Shown one piece after another: positions 44,806 to 53,047 of a stretch of DNA of 64,000 nt (the first letter of the stretch is position 1; each line of letters begins with the position of its first letter). The position numbers and the translations under genes are program-made. The notes under the pieces are model-generated. The model had not been told where the DNA came from. It did not search any database and saw only the letters and a list, made by a program, of their open reading frames with translations. The DNA comes from a virus. Where the stretch lies: the IMG/VR virus record IMGVR_UViG_3300033049_000041, positions 1-64,000 of that record. One strand, 5' to 3'.

Positions 44806-45822
44806 TTAAACTACATACAAATCTTTTGCAGTTAGTTTTATTTTGTGTTGTTTTACCACATCTTCCCAATCCTTGTAATTGGATGGTGGTAAATATTTAT
44901 TCTCTTTTCTATTATACTCTCCTCTAACTCCAGTGATTTGCCACATAGAATCTGTTGCTGCAGATTTAACTCCATCATCAGTTCCTCTAGTTAATGAAAA
45001 GAAATCATTTCCTGGAAAAGATACATGATCCCATGCAACTAAACTAAAGAAACTAATACCTTCATCAGGTCTAAATAACTGAGGTCTAGGTTGTTTACTA
45101 TTCAAATAAGGTCTAGATGCAAATAATGTTTTACCTCCAATTACCCAACTCTGGTCAACACCAACAGAATACGGATCGTACCATATCCCGAGTATGTTAG
45201 TCCACTTAGTTTTATAGTCTTCTAGTAACTCTAGTAACGTTGCTAACAGCAAGGTATGAACTTCTGCTTTATGTTTCCCTGCAAACTGACCACATCCAAT
45301 TCCAGGAATAGTCACCATTGCAGGAACTCCTTGCTTATTAGCCTTTTCACTAATGTAAGTAAATACTGGAATAAGCTTTTCTCTAACCAATTCTTTATAC
45401 AACTCAGGTACTACTTTACCGTTCTTAACTATATCATAATCTACTGGAGTAATTGTACCAGCAGCTCTAAGAAGTGGTCCAGGAACGTAAACTAATGTAC
45501 CATGAAAAGGTGTTCCGTGTAATGCTGGATTCTGATGTTTACCATCATCATAAATAGTCACTGGAACAGCAACACTTATATTACCAAGCACTTTTAGTTC
45601 CGCATTAGTCCAATCAGAGCCATCACCTTTAATTTCAGATTCAGCAAACATTTCTGGTTGCTTTGTCTCAAGTAGAAAATCTAACTTAGATTCCTTAGAT
45701 AACGGTATTCTTGCCATGCAGGGAAATAACGTAGTATTAGAAAAATTAGTTCCAGCATCACAAAGACTAAAATTCTCTAATCTTTGCATATTCTTCTTAG
45801 AGGTAATTATTGTATAATTCAT
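44806..45822 (-). CDS. MavL/Larg1-like macrodomain (putative ADP-ribosyl glycohydrolase)
   Basis: PGIGCGQFAG loop and VAWDHVSFPGNDF...TDDGVK match the Legionella MavL-type catalytic region as recalled. Confidence 0.7.
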   Translation of the reverse strand: MNYTIITSKKNMQRLENFSLCDAGTNFSNTTLFPCMARIPLSKESKLDFLLETKQPEMFAESEIKGDGSDWTNAELKVLGNISVAVPVTIYDDGKHQNPALHGTPFHGTLVYVPGPLLRAAGTITPVDYDIVKNGKVVPELYKELVREKLIPVFTYISEKANKQGVPAMVTIPGIGCGQFAGKHKAEVHTLLLATLLELLEDYKTKWTNILGIWYDPYSVGVDQSWVIGGKTLFASRPYLNSKQPRPQLFRPDEGISFFSLVAWDHVSFPGNDFFSLTRGTDDGVKSAATDSMWQITGVRGEYNRKENKYLPPSNYKDWEDVVKQHKIKLTAKDLYVV

Positions 45823-46022
45823 AATGTTTGAAAGTCTTTAATTTCTTCTAAAAATACAACTCCTTCCATCGAAATTTCTTCATCTTCTTGCAGTAACTTA
45901 TCATTACCTTTAGTCAATAGAAAGTTGTTTATTTCATCATTAGTAGGAAAAGTAGGATGTTTTATAAAATACATATAATCATCATTGCTTTCACTGCTAG
46001 TAGTTAATACGAATTTACGCAC
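45819..46022 (-). CDS. Hypothetical protein
   Basis: 67 aa, coupled to neighbours. Confidence 0.6.
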   Translation of the reverse strand: MRKFVLTTSSESNDDYMYFIKHPTFPTNDEINNFLLTKGNDKLLQEDEEISMEGVVFLEEIKDFQTL

Positions 46023-46537
46023 TAAAATAATCTTTTATGAGTTAAGAATGCTCCTTCCTTTTCCATATCAGCAATGACATCATGTCTTTCAATGCAAATG
46101 TGTACGTAATCGTCCGTATAATTCTCTCTACAAGTCTCGCATTCATAAGCTAGCCATTTGCCATACTCAGAAATTAAAGTCTCTAAGAATGGCTTTACAT
46201 AAAGTACTCTATGTCTAGGTGCAGATAGTTCACAAGTAACAATTCCTTTCTTTGTATTAAACTCATTAAATAGAGTTTCTAAAGTTTCTTTAAGGACATT
46301 AGCTATCTCCCATTCCTTATGTAGAGCTTCTAATGCTTTGTTGCGATTTCTTAATTGTGACCTTTCAGTTTTAGATTCAAATGTAAAGTCAAGAACCTTA
46401 CATGTTAAAGTCACATTCTCACTTATTCTAGCAGGTATGGAGGTCATTGAACTCATACGTATATCACCTATATGCCACTCTACTTCATTCTTAGTGAACT
46501 CCTTGAACTTAGGGTCATCTATTTCTTCCATTCCCAT
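46022..46537 (-). CDS. Protein with a release-factor (RF-1) domain-like segment lacking GGQ
   Basis: TERSQLRNRNKALEAL matches the RSQxxNxxxAxxxL helix motif. Confidence 0.5.
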   Translation of the reverse strand: MGMEEIDDPKFKEFTKNEVEWHIGDIRMSSMTSIPARISENVTLTCKVLDFTFESKTERSQLRNRNKALEALHKEWEIANVLKETLETLFNEFNTKKGIVTCELSAPRHRVLYVKPFLETLISEYGKWLAYECETCRENYTDDYVHICIERHDVIADMEKEGAFLTHKRLF

Positions 46538-46654
46538 TCTTTTTTTACTTCATTATAAAAAGGATATTCTACATCCGTACCGTATCTAGATGACTTAGTA
46601 AACTTATCCCAAGCTTTTCGTTTCTCGGTGTTTTCTAAACCGATATGTTTATCC

Positions 46655-47143
46655 TTAATTTGCTCGAATGTGTAAACTTTCATTTCTTTCACTTATCTCT
46701 TTGTTTAGTTTAGTCCAAGGTTTGTTTTTGTAATGACTATTTATTGCATGTTTCATCATAAAAAAGAAAGTATCATAACCAGTTTCAAGTCCTAATTCTA
46801 AACAATTCTTAAAATTATTAACAGCATTAGGATTTAAAGGTACTTTCTGCGTAAGCCTAAACAATTTCTTACCACTAATTACATAAGATAAACTAACTCG
46901 TAAGAATTTACGGAAGTTAGCTATATTATAACTAATACTTATATCTCCTATAATCCATTCATTATTGAAATGTGCTAAATAATCATGTGGTATAAATCCC
47001 CAAGTCTTATTACGAATTAAAGCTTCTATAACGTCATCTAATGGAATATCTCCACTTTTTGCTAATGCAACTATTACATCTATATTTCCTTGTTCTTGAC
47101 TATCTTCTACAACCCATTGAATCTTTTCTACATTAGTTAACAT
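46655..47143 (-). CDS. Hypothetical protein
   Basis: 162 aa ORF. Confidence 0.6.
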   Translation of the reverse strand: MLTNVEKIQWVVEDSQEQGNIDVIVALAKSGDIPLDDVIEALIRNKTWGFIPHDYLAHFNNEWIIGDISISYNIANFRKFLRVSLSYVISGKKLFRLTQKVPLNPNAVNNFKNCLELGLETGYDTFFFMMKHAINSHYKNKPWTKLNKEISERNESLHIRAN

Positions 47144-47537
47144 AAGCTTTCATACATTGCTCTAATGCATCAAGTATTTGCTGCTTAGACTTTTCTATAA
47201 TATCTTCTACTTGTGGGGAAATTTCAGAAATATGTTCAAACACACCTTCTACTTTATGATTGTCTTTAATTTCACCTATTACTTTACTATTAACAGTAAC
47301 AATATCTGCGTATTCAGTAGTTCTATGTAATAGATTAGAAACCCATTCTCTTGCCCATATAATAGTAGTACTTTCAACATTCCAATGTAATGTAGGAAAT
47401 CTAGTTTCTAATGGTATATTACTTATATTTTCTACTTTAGCATGTTGAAATAACAATTCTGCTAATTTTCTTGATTTATTCATTCCCCTTCTTTTCAACA
47501 TATAAACGATAATGCAATTCCCTATGACAATTAGCAC
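47133..47537 (-). CDS. Hypothetical protein (true start probably the downstream MNKSRK)
   Basis: 134 aa ORF overlapping the HNH gene end. Confidence 0.55.
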   Translation of the reverse strand: MLIVIGNCIIVYMLKRRGMNKSRKLAELLFQHAKVENISNIPLETRFPTLHWNVESTTIIWAREWVSNLLHRTTEYADIVTVNSKVIGEIKDNHKVEGVFEHISEISPQVEDIIEKSKQQILDALEQCMKAYVN

Positions 47538-47745
47538 AGAGTAACAGACATTTATCTAACTCTTTCTTTAATTTAGTCCATAAAAAAGAATATCCCTTAC
47601 TAATAGTAAAGGATTTATCTTCAGGATTTAAGTGATGAAACTCGAAAGCCCAGGTACATTTATCGTACCCACAATGTTGACAACTACCACCTTTATAATG
47701 GATGGCTTTCATCTTTGTTTGTTGCTTTTTAAGTTTCTTTTTCAT
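47476..47745 (-). CDS. HNH endonuclease
   Basis: CQHCGY..C...EFHH.NP...KCLLLCANCHRELH; directly downstream of tRNA-Ile. Confidence 0.85.
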   Translation of the reverse strand: MKKKLKKQQTKMKAIHYKGGSCQHCGYDKCTWAFEFHHLNPEDKSFTISKGYSFLWTKLKKELDKCLLLCANCHRELHYRLYVEKKGNE

Positions 47746-47750
47746 TGTTG

Positions 47751-47822
47751 TAGTGATAGATAGATTCGAACTATCAACCTCCTTCGTATCAGAAAGGTGC
47801 TCTGCCGTTGAGCTATACCACT
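47751..47822 (-). tRNA. tRNA-Ile(GAT)
   Basis: AC CCTTT-CTGATAC-GAAGG. Confidence 0.9.
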
Positions 47823-47917
47823 TGGTGGGCTAGGATAGGATTTCAACCTACACATTCCATAATTGGACATCAATCTCACACAATTGACGCAGCTATTTCA
47901 TTCTGCCATCCCGTCCC
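47823..47917 (-). ncRNA. Degenerate class II tRNA-like RNA with 8 nt anticodon loop and encoded CCA
   Basis: D stem GCAG/CTGC, TCAAT-TGTGTGAG-ATTGA, variable TCCA/TGGA, T arm GTAGG-TTGAAAT-CCTAT, ends GCCC-A-CCA. Confidence 0.55.
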
Positions 47918-47927
47918 AGGTAATTAG

Positions 47928-48000
47928 ACGCACAGGACAGATTCGAACTGCCGTACTTCGGATTATGAGTCCGACGCTAAACCATCTCAGCTACCGTGCA
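47928..48000 (-). tRNA. tRNA-Met(CAT), elongator-like
   Basis: AC TCGGA-CTCATAA-TCCGA. Confidence 0.85.
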
Positions 48001-48005
48001 TTCTG

Positions 48006-48479
48006 TTATTTTCTTTTCTTTTTTCTTAATTCAAGTATTTCTTTATACTTTAACTTCCACTCATCATTGAGTAAATCTAATTGAATTTCAATTTCTTCTA
48101 ATGTAAATATACCTAATTCTAGTTGAATTACTAAATGTAAAACTCTAGCCATTGCAATCATACATCTTTCAGGAGTCCAACAGATATACTTATACTTACT
48201 ATTATCCATGTATAAGTTTATCATACACATAAATCCAGCATCATCATTATAAGCTATATTATAAAGGCTCTTAGTACTACAACTACTATTTTTAAATTGC
48301 CAATAGTATTGCATGTCATGCCAGTCATACTTAGGATTTTTAAACAAAAACTTTATTAAAGTAATTACTTCAAAATTCATTAATAATTCTTCATCTACCT
48401 TAATAGCATCTAGTAAAGTAAATGCTAACTCATTTTTATCTTCAGAGTTAATCATTAAAGCTAACTCTGGTTCATTCAT
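48006..48479 (-). CDS. Hypothetical protein
   Basis: 157 aa ORF. Confidence 0.6.
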   Translation of the reverse strand: MNEPELALMINSEDKNELAFTLLDAIKVDEELLMNFEVITLIKFLFKNPKYDWHDMQYYWQFKNSSCSTKSLYNIAYNDDAGFMCMINLYMDNSKYKYICWTPERCMIAMARVLHLVIQLELGIFTLEEIEIQLDLLNDEWKLKYKEILELRKKKRK

Positions 48480-48711
48480 TATTTGTAATTATTATGTTTC
48501 CTGATACTTCTATATACTTTTCTGTAACTTTATCTTTAAAGTAGTAACCATTGTTAGATCTGTAAACTACTCCAGCACTATTCCAAGAGTGAGTAACTAC
48601 ATTGTTATGGTTAAGTAACGTTATCTTAAAAGATTCATTAGATTCAGTTTCTTTTTTATAACTACATGAAATAACTAGAAGTGTAGACAATATAAATAAA
48701 AATTGTTTCAT
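48472..48711 (-). CDS. Lipoprotein
   Basis: MKQFLFILSTLLVIS-C lipobox. Confidence 0.65.
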   Translation of the reverse strand: MKQFLFILSTLLVISCSYKKETESNESFKITLLNHNNVVTHSWNSAGVVYRSNNGYYFKDKVTEKYIEVSGNIIITNNE

Positions 48712-48734
48712 GGTAATTTTTTAGGTTATAAACA

Positions 48735-48898
48735 AAGGGAGCAAACAAAGCGATTCAAACTGTAATGTAATAAGCTAAATCCCAATTCTAGTGTGTCTAC
48801 CAGTTCCACCACCGCCCATTTAATTGACATACTGGTCGGGCGGGAAGGATTCGAACCTCCAAATACGAAGTAAGTTTGAAAATTAGTATTGCTCCCTT
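48735..48898 (-). ncRNA. Module-bearing RNA 7: circularly permuted tRNA with internal ACCA and linker
   Basis: AAGGGAGCAA-TACTAA-TT-TTCAAACT-TACTTCG, T arm GGAGG-TTCGAAT-CCTTC, CCGCCCG-A-CCA, 14 nt linker, TGGGCGG, Leu-type D arm, AC CTAGA-ATTGGGA-TTTAG, closed by AGTTTGAA and TTGCTCCCTT. Confidence 0.82.
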
Positions 48899-48909
48899 AT
48901 ATTGTTATG

Positions 48910-49392
48910 TTACTCTATAATAGTAACTTTTATATTAATTATATCTTTCTTATCAATAGACCTTTTAAGTAATGCTAATAAGCAATTAATATCAGCTTTA
49001 CCTACTATTACACCACCTAATAAATTGGTTCTACCATTAGTTAAGTTAATGAATAATGATTTGAACTCACCTAATTCTTTATTAAAATCATCTGTATCAA
49101 ATACCTGACGTATTTCATTACCTTTATACATAATACTAGTATTACTCAATCTAATAGCTGATAACAAAGCTTTACCTTCTTTAATATCAGTCATAGTATA
49201 ATTGGCTTTTGTAATAGCAAAATTAGATTTATTACATTCATACTCAATTACATAAGCTGGAACCCACCAAATATAACCAAAGAATGATTTCTTCTGTTCT
49301 ACATGATAAGATTTACTTGAATGATTTAAACTATTTATAGCATTAGTTTCTACTAATCTGTATATTGGTTTTAATATACTTAAGTTAAACAT
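48910..49392 (-). CDS. Hypothetical protein
   Basis: 160 aa ORF. Confidence 0.6.
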   Translation of the reverse strand: MFNLSILKPIYRLVETNAINSLNHSSKSYHVEQKKSFFGYIWWVPAYVIEYECNKSNFAITKANYTMTDIKEGKALLSAIRLSNTSIMYKGNEIRQVFDTDDFNKELGEFKSLFINLTNGRTNLLGGVIVGKADINCLLALLKRSIDKKDIINIKVTIIE

Positions 49393-50426
49393 TATTTCCT
49401 TTTAGTTAGTTGTTTCTTTCTATTCAAATTTATCTTTATTATTAGAATTTCTAGTCCTAATCTTATAGACTGATTTTTTAGTGTACTCTCGTTTACATCA
49501 TAGAGTATCTTACTTATATTATCTAACATTCCAAATATCAAAGATGGACCTAATCCTTTATATAAAAGTCTCATCTCCTTTTTAAGGGAGTCAGACATAA
49601 ATATCAAAGTCTCGGTAGCAGCGGATTTAAAGTAAAATAAATCTCTTAGAAACTCTGTAAAGCCGAGGCAGAATTTATCCACCTCAATGGATCTCAACAA
49701 CTTATCTAAAATAAGGAGTGATTTATCTACTTCCGCATCCTTCATGGCAGTAACTAAATTAAAGTACGCTAATTGACTTACCATATTTAGTTTATCAAAC
49801 AACTCGCTCGTACTGCAATTCTCTCTACACATTTCTAATAAACTAATGGCATCTCTAAGCGATCCGTTGGACTGCCTAGCGATTGTAATTAACGCTTCTT
49901 CCTCAAAGTTAATTCCCTCAGTTACGCATATAAACTTCAACCTATCCACTACATCTGACCCCTCAATTTTCTTCAAGTCAAAAAGTTGACAACGAGACTG
50001 TATCGTTGCTATTATCTTATGCTTCTCAGTTGTACACAATATAAACCTACAATAACTTGGTGGCTCTTCAATGACCTTCAATAAAGCATTAAATGCCTGA
50101 CTAGAGTACATATGAGCCTCATCAATGATGTAAGTCTTCACTTTACCTGTAGGATGGACTCTAGTGGTCTTAATTAGATTCCTAGCATCCTCTACACTAT
50201 TATTACTAGCTGCATCAATCTCAAATATATCACAATCTAAGCATTTAGTTTCCTTAGCTATGAGTCTAGCTAAAGTAGTTTTACCAGTACCATGCATCCC
50301 ATTAATTAATATGGAGTGTGACAGTCTATCTTTTGTAATAGCTGCTCTAATAGTACTTATAGCAGTTTCTTGACCTACTACATCATCGAATGATTGTGGT
50401 CTATACGTATTATACAGCATAAGCAC
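49392..50426 (-). CDS. dnaX: Clamp loader subunit (DNA polymerase III gamma/tau-like)
   Basis: YRPQSFDDVVGQ, GMHGTGKTT, EIDAASNNSVE, IIDEAHM, AFNALLK.IEEPP, TIQSRC, GSLRDA. Confidence 0.93.
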   Translation of the reverse strand: MLMLYNTYRPQSFDDVVGQETAISTIRAAITKDRLSHSILINGMHGTGKTTLARLIAKETKCLDCDIFEIDAASNNSVEDARNLIKTTRVHPTGKVKTYIIDEAHMYSSQAFNALLKVIEEPPSYCRFILCTTEKHKIIATIQSRCQLFDLKKIEGSDVVDRLKFICVTEGINFEEEALITIARQSNGSLRDAISLLEMCRENCSTSELFDKLNMVSQLAYFNLVTAMKDAEVDKSLLILDKLLRSIEVDKFCLGFTEFLRDLFYFKSAATETLIFMSDSLKKEMRLLYKGLGPSLIFGMLDNISKILYDVNESTLKNQSIRLGLEILIIKINLNRKKQLTKRK

Positions 50427-50429
50427 AAA

Positions 50430-50804
50430 TTAGCTTAATAGTTTCTTAGTATTCTTTCTTTTTCTTGGATTCAATCCTTTGGTATCTAGCCTGAAATTCT
50501 CTTTACTATAAGGTTCATATTCTAAATCTATATAGTAAGCTTCCCAAATTTCATTAGAATTAGCAATATCACATAACTCCCTTACAGGACTTAGATGACT
50601 AAATGCACTTCTACCTAATGGATACCATAAACCGTATCTTTGTCGTATCCATGATATAGTGTTATTTAATGAAATAGTAGGCTTTCGATTACTATTAGGA
50701 TCACATGCACTGTCTAAATAACAGTAATCAATCCAACCTTCTTTACAATGAATACGATTGAAATGAATCCAACTATCTTTGGGTGTATGTGATTCTATTT
50801 TCAT
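50430..50804 (-). CDS. Hypothetical protein
   Basis: 124 aa ORF. Confidence 0.6.
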   Translation of the reverse strand: MKIESHTPKDSWIHFNRIHCKEGWIDYCYLDSACDPNSNRKPTISLNNTISWIRQRYGLWYPLGRSAFSHLSPVRELCDIANSNEIWEAYYIDLEYEPYSKENFRLDTKGLNPRKRKNTKKLLS

Positions 50805-50819
50805 AGTAGTTTTAAGTTA

Positions 50820-51044
50820 TTATATCCATTGAGTTTTTCTAGTGTGTTTCCAAGTACGATACATTCTACGTTGGTAGCTAAATAATTGCTTTTTTCTTAT
50901 CTTATAAGCTTTAGTACCTCTATTCCGTGAAGGATATGACTTATAATACCAATACATATCATCATAAGGTTCTATGAATGTAACTATAGTTTTATACTCT
51001 TTGTTAGTTACTGCTAAGTCTAATTTACCTCTATTTCTTTTCAT
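50820..51044 (-). CDS. Small basic hypothetical protein
   Basis: 74 aa, ends RTWKHTRKTQW. Confidence 0.6.
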   Translation of the reverse strand: MKRNRGKLDLAVTNKEYKTIVTFIEPYDDMYWYYKSYPSRNRGTKAYKIRKKQLFSYQRRMYRTWKHTRKTQWI

Positions 51045-51100
51045 TTTGCTTTGTATTTTAAATTAATAAAATTACAAAGCATCGAATTTCTTTTTCATAT

Positions 51101-51418
51101 TTAGATCTTATTTTTATTAGATACTCTAGAAATCAATAAGTAAGCCTTATTAGAAATAGTTTGCATACTTATGGCTAATCGCTTATAAGTGTCATACTCT
51201 TTCTTTTTAACACGCTTAAAGTAGTTGATACTATTAAACTCAATTTCTGTAGTATTAATTTTGTAGCTATGAATCCTTACTTTTTCATAATCTTTGTTGA
51301 AAGTGATAGGTACAATGGGTTTTAGTACTATTAGTTTTTTACCTACTAATTTATGTTTTTCACATCGTATCATTACGTGCTTTCCATTATCACTAATATA
51401 CAAGTAATGTTCGTTCAT
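51101..51418 (-). CDS. Hypothetical protein
   Basis: 105 aa ORF. Confidence 0.55.
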   Translation of the reverse strand: MNEHYLYISDNGKHVMIRCEKHKLVGKKLIVLKPIVPITFNKDYEKVRIHSYKINTTEIEFNSINYFKRVKKKEYDTYKRLAISMQTISNKAYLLISRVSNKNKI

Positions 51419-51420
51419 AG

Positions 51421-51609
51421 TTATTTCTTTGCTATTTTCTCATTAATAGCATCAGCTATAAATTTACCTTGTTCATCCTGTAATATAGCAGCTTCAACTA
51501 ATGTGTTAGTTTTCTTAACGAATTGAAGCCAACCTGTTATCTTTGCTACAACTGTATTCTTATTATCTACTATAGTCTTCTCATCCTCACAATATCTCAC
51601 TTTCCTCAT
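51421..51609 (-). CDS. Hypothetical protein
   Basis: 62 aa ORF. Confidence 0.55.
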   Translation of the reverse strand: MRKVRYCEDEKTIVDNKNTVVAKITGWLQFVKKTNTLVEAAILQDEQGKFIADAINEKIAKK

Positions 51610-51634
51610 TTCTACAATAGTTTTTTTGGTTTAG

Positions 51635-51754
51635 GTCAAGGGGTAGGAATCGAACCTACAATCATTTCAATATGCTTTAGTCTAATCGTTGACTAGCCAT
51701 GCTTCTAGAACACACTCCATTAAAATAGGCTTACACTAAACTGCTCTCCCTATC
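51635..51754 (-). ncRNA. Possible tRNA-like RNA with intact T arm and remodelled body
   Basis: GTAGG-TTCGATT-CCTAC-CCCTTGA-C-CTA, 5' AGGG partner, ATTTTAATG/TATTGAAAT stem. Confidence 0.4.
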
Positions 51755-51857
51755 ATTTGTATCTTAAGTTAATAAGCTTTGTTTATACCCAACTTAATGG
51801 TTCCAGGAATAATTTAGACGGGTTTCCTGATTTCTTTACCGTACTTATTAACCATTG

Positions 51858-52241
51858 TGGAGCTGCGGGGAGTCGAACCCCGGTGTTCCCACTTTCAATT
51901 AAAATTTCTACAAGTTTAGTAGTATCTTTAGATAGTTCTTCTCGTTGGGTGATTCTACGTACCTTCCTGAGTATAGTTACTGATATACCATACAAGCCAT
52001 AACTTCTTGTAATCCTTTTCCGAGTAATCGTGTTCGTGTATAACGGAGCAGTAATATCGGAGTCAACAGGCTCTACATTATTTGACGAGTAAGGTTAGTC
52101 GAAACTAATCTTAAGCCGCCATACGAACTGGTGCATAAGCTCCATCTAAGGTTTACCTTCAATATTTATTAATCGCTTATCAAGCCTCAGCGATACTTGC
52201 TTGTTCTAACATCTAAGTGGGAGTCGAATCCAGTCAGCCCC
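51858..52241 (-). ncRNA. ssrA: tmRNA
   Basis: 5' GGGGCTGACTGGATTCGAC, 3' CGGGG-TTCGACT-CCCCG-CAGCTCC-A with G3-U70; tag ORF 52111-52143 encodes (A)GAYAPVRMAA-stop. Confidence 0.93.
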
Positions 52242-52246
52242 AATCC

Positions 52247-52519
52247 TTAAAACTTATCTTGTGAATGTCGTTCTGCCATTTCATATCTATTAGTGGCATT
52301 CTTCAATTCAATTTCTAAGTCATTATACTTATGCTCTAAGTTACCTAATTCTCTTTCCAGATCATCAGCTTTCTCTTCTAAAGCATTAATTATATTATCA
52401 GCACAGTCTTTCATATAACCAGCACCATCTTCAAATGATGTTCTCTGGTCTACGTAAATTGTTGCTCTTTGTTTAGCTCTTTGGCTAATTAGTTTATCGT
52501 TTGGTAATTGTGTGTTCAT
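52247..52519 (-). CDS. Coiled-coil hypothetical protein
   Basis: 90 aa ORF. Confidence 0.6.
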   Translation of the reverse strand: MNTQLPNDKLISQRAKQRATIYVDQRTSFEDGAGYMKDCADNIINALEEKADDLERELGNLEHKYNDLEIELKNATNRYEMAERHSQDKF

Positions 52520-52824
52520 TACTTTAAGTCTTTAAGTCTTTTTTGCTCTGTAACGTATTCTTCCAAATGCTCGAAATTACCTTCATATATATTAATACCT
52601 GCAGATTCTAATTTCTTAAATATAGCATGCCACATTTGAGTTGGTGACATATTCATAACTATTTCTATAGCAGATGAACTAACTAAACTGTTACTTTCCT
52701 CCTGTATGAAGTTAAATCTTAAGTTATTATCAACTGCAACCTTAGTTACATAAGTTAATTCATCCCACGTTTTACTCTCCAATCCTCTCATACTTATTTG
52801 TTCAATTATGTTAATGAAAGACAA
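52519..52824 (-). CDS. Hypothetical protein
   Basis: 101 aa ORF. Confidence 0.6.
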   Translation of the reverse strand: MSFINIIEQISMRGLESKTWDELTYVTKVAVDNNLRFNFIQEESNSLVSSSAIEIVMNMSPTQMWHAIFKKLESAGINIYEGNFEHLEEYVTEQKRLKDLK

Positions 52825-52832
52825 TACTTGTA

Positions 52833-52862
52833 CAAAGATAAATTTCCTTACATTTGTATCAA
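52833..52862 (-). promoter_or_regulatory. Bacteroidota-type housekeeping promoter
   Basis: TTG-N19-TATCTTTG matches the -33/-7 consensus TTG...TAnnTTTG; upstream of the tmRNA/tRNA region. Confidence 0.65.
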
Positions 52863-52977
52863 TTCTTCCGCTATTTCTTCTTAGTTAGTGTCAATCCCTT
52901 GATGCTAACTAATTTTTCCTTACAACTACTTTATAAGGCAATGAGCTTAATGCTTGTTGCCTTTTTCTATTTGTAGT

Positions 52978-53010
52978 AAAAACACTGGACAGACCCAAAT
53001 CTGCCCAGTG
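52978..53010 (-). terminator. Rho-independent terminator after the TROVE gene
   Basis: CACTGGGCAGA-loop-TCTGTCCAGTG followed by TTTTT. Confidence 0.7.
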
Positions 53011-53047
53011 AAAAAAGAATTGCCGATGAAAGCAATCATGGGTATTC

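Noticed and set aside
20851-48898. CRISPR array or dispersed DNA repeat explanation for the module
   Set aside because: Copies are irregularly spaced, from hundreds of bases to kilobases apart, and conserve pairing rather than sequence; no cas genes are seen
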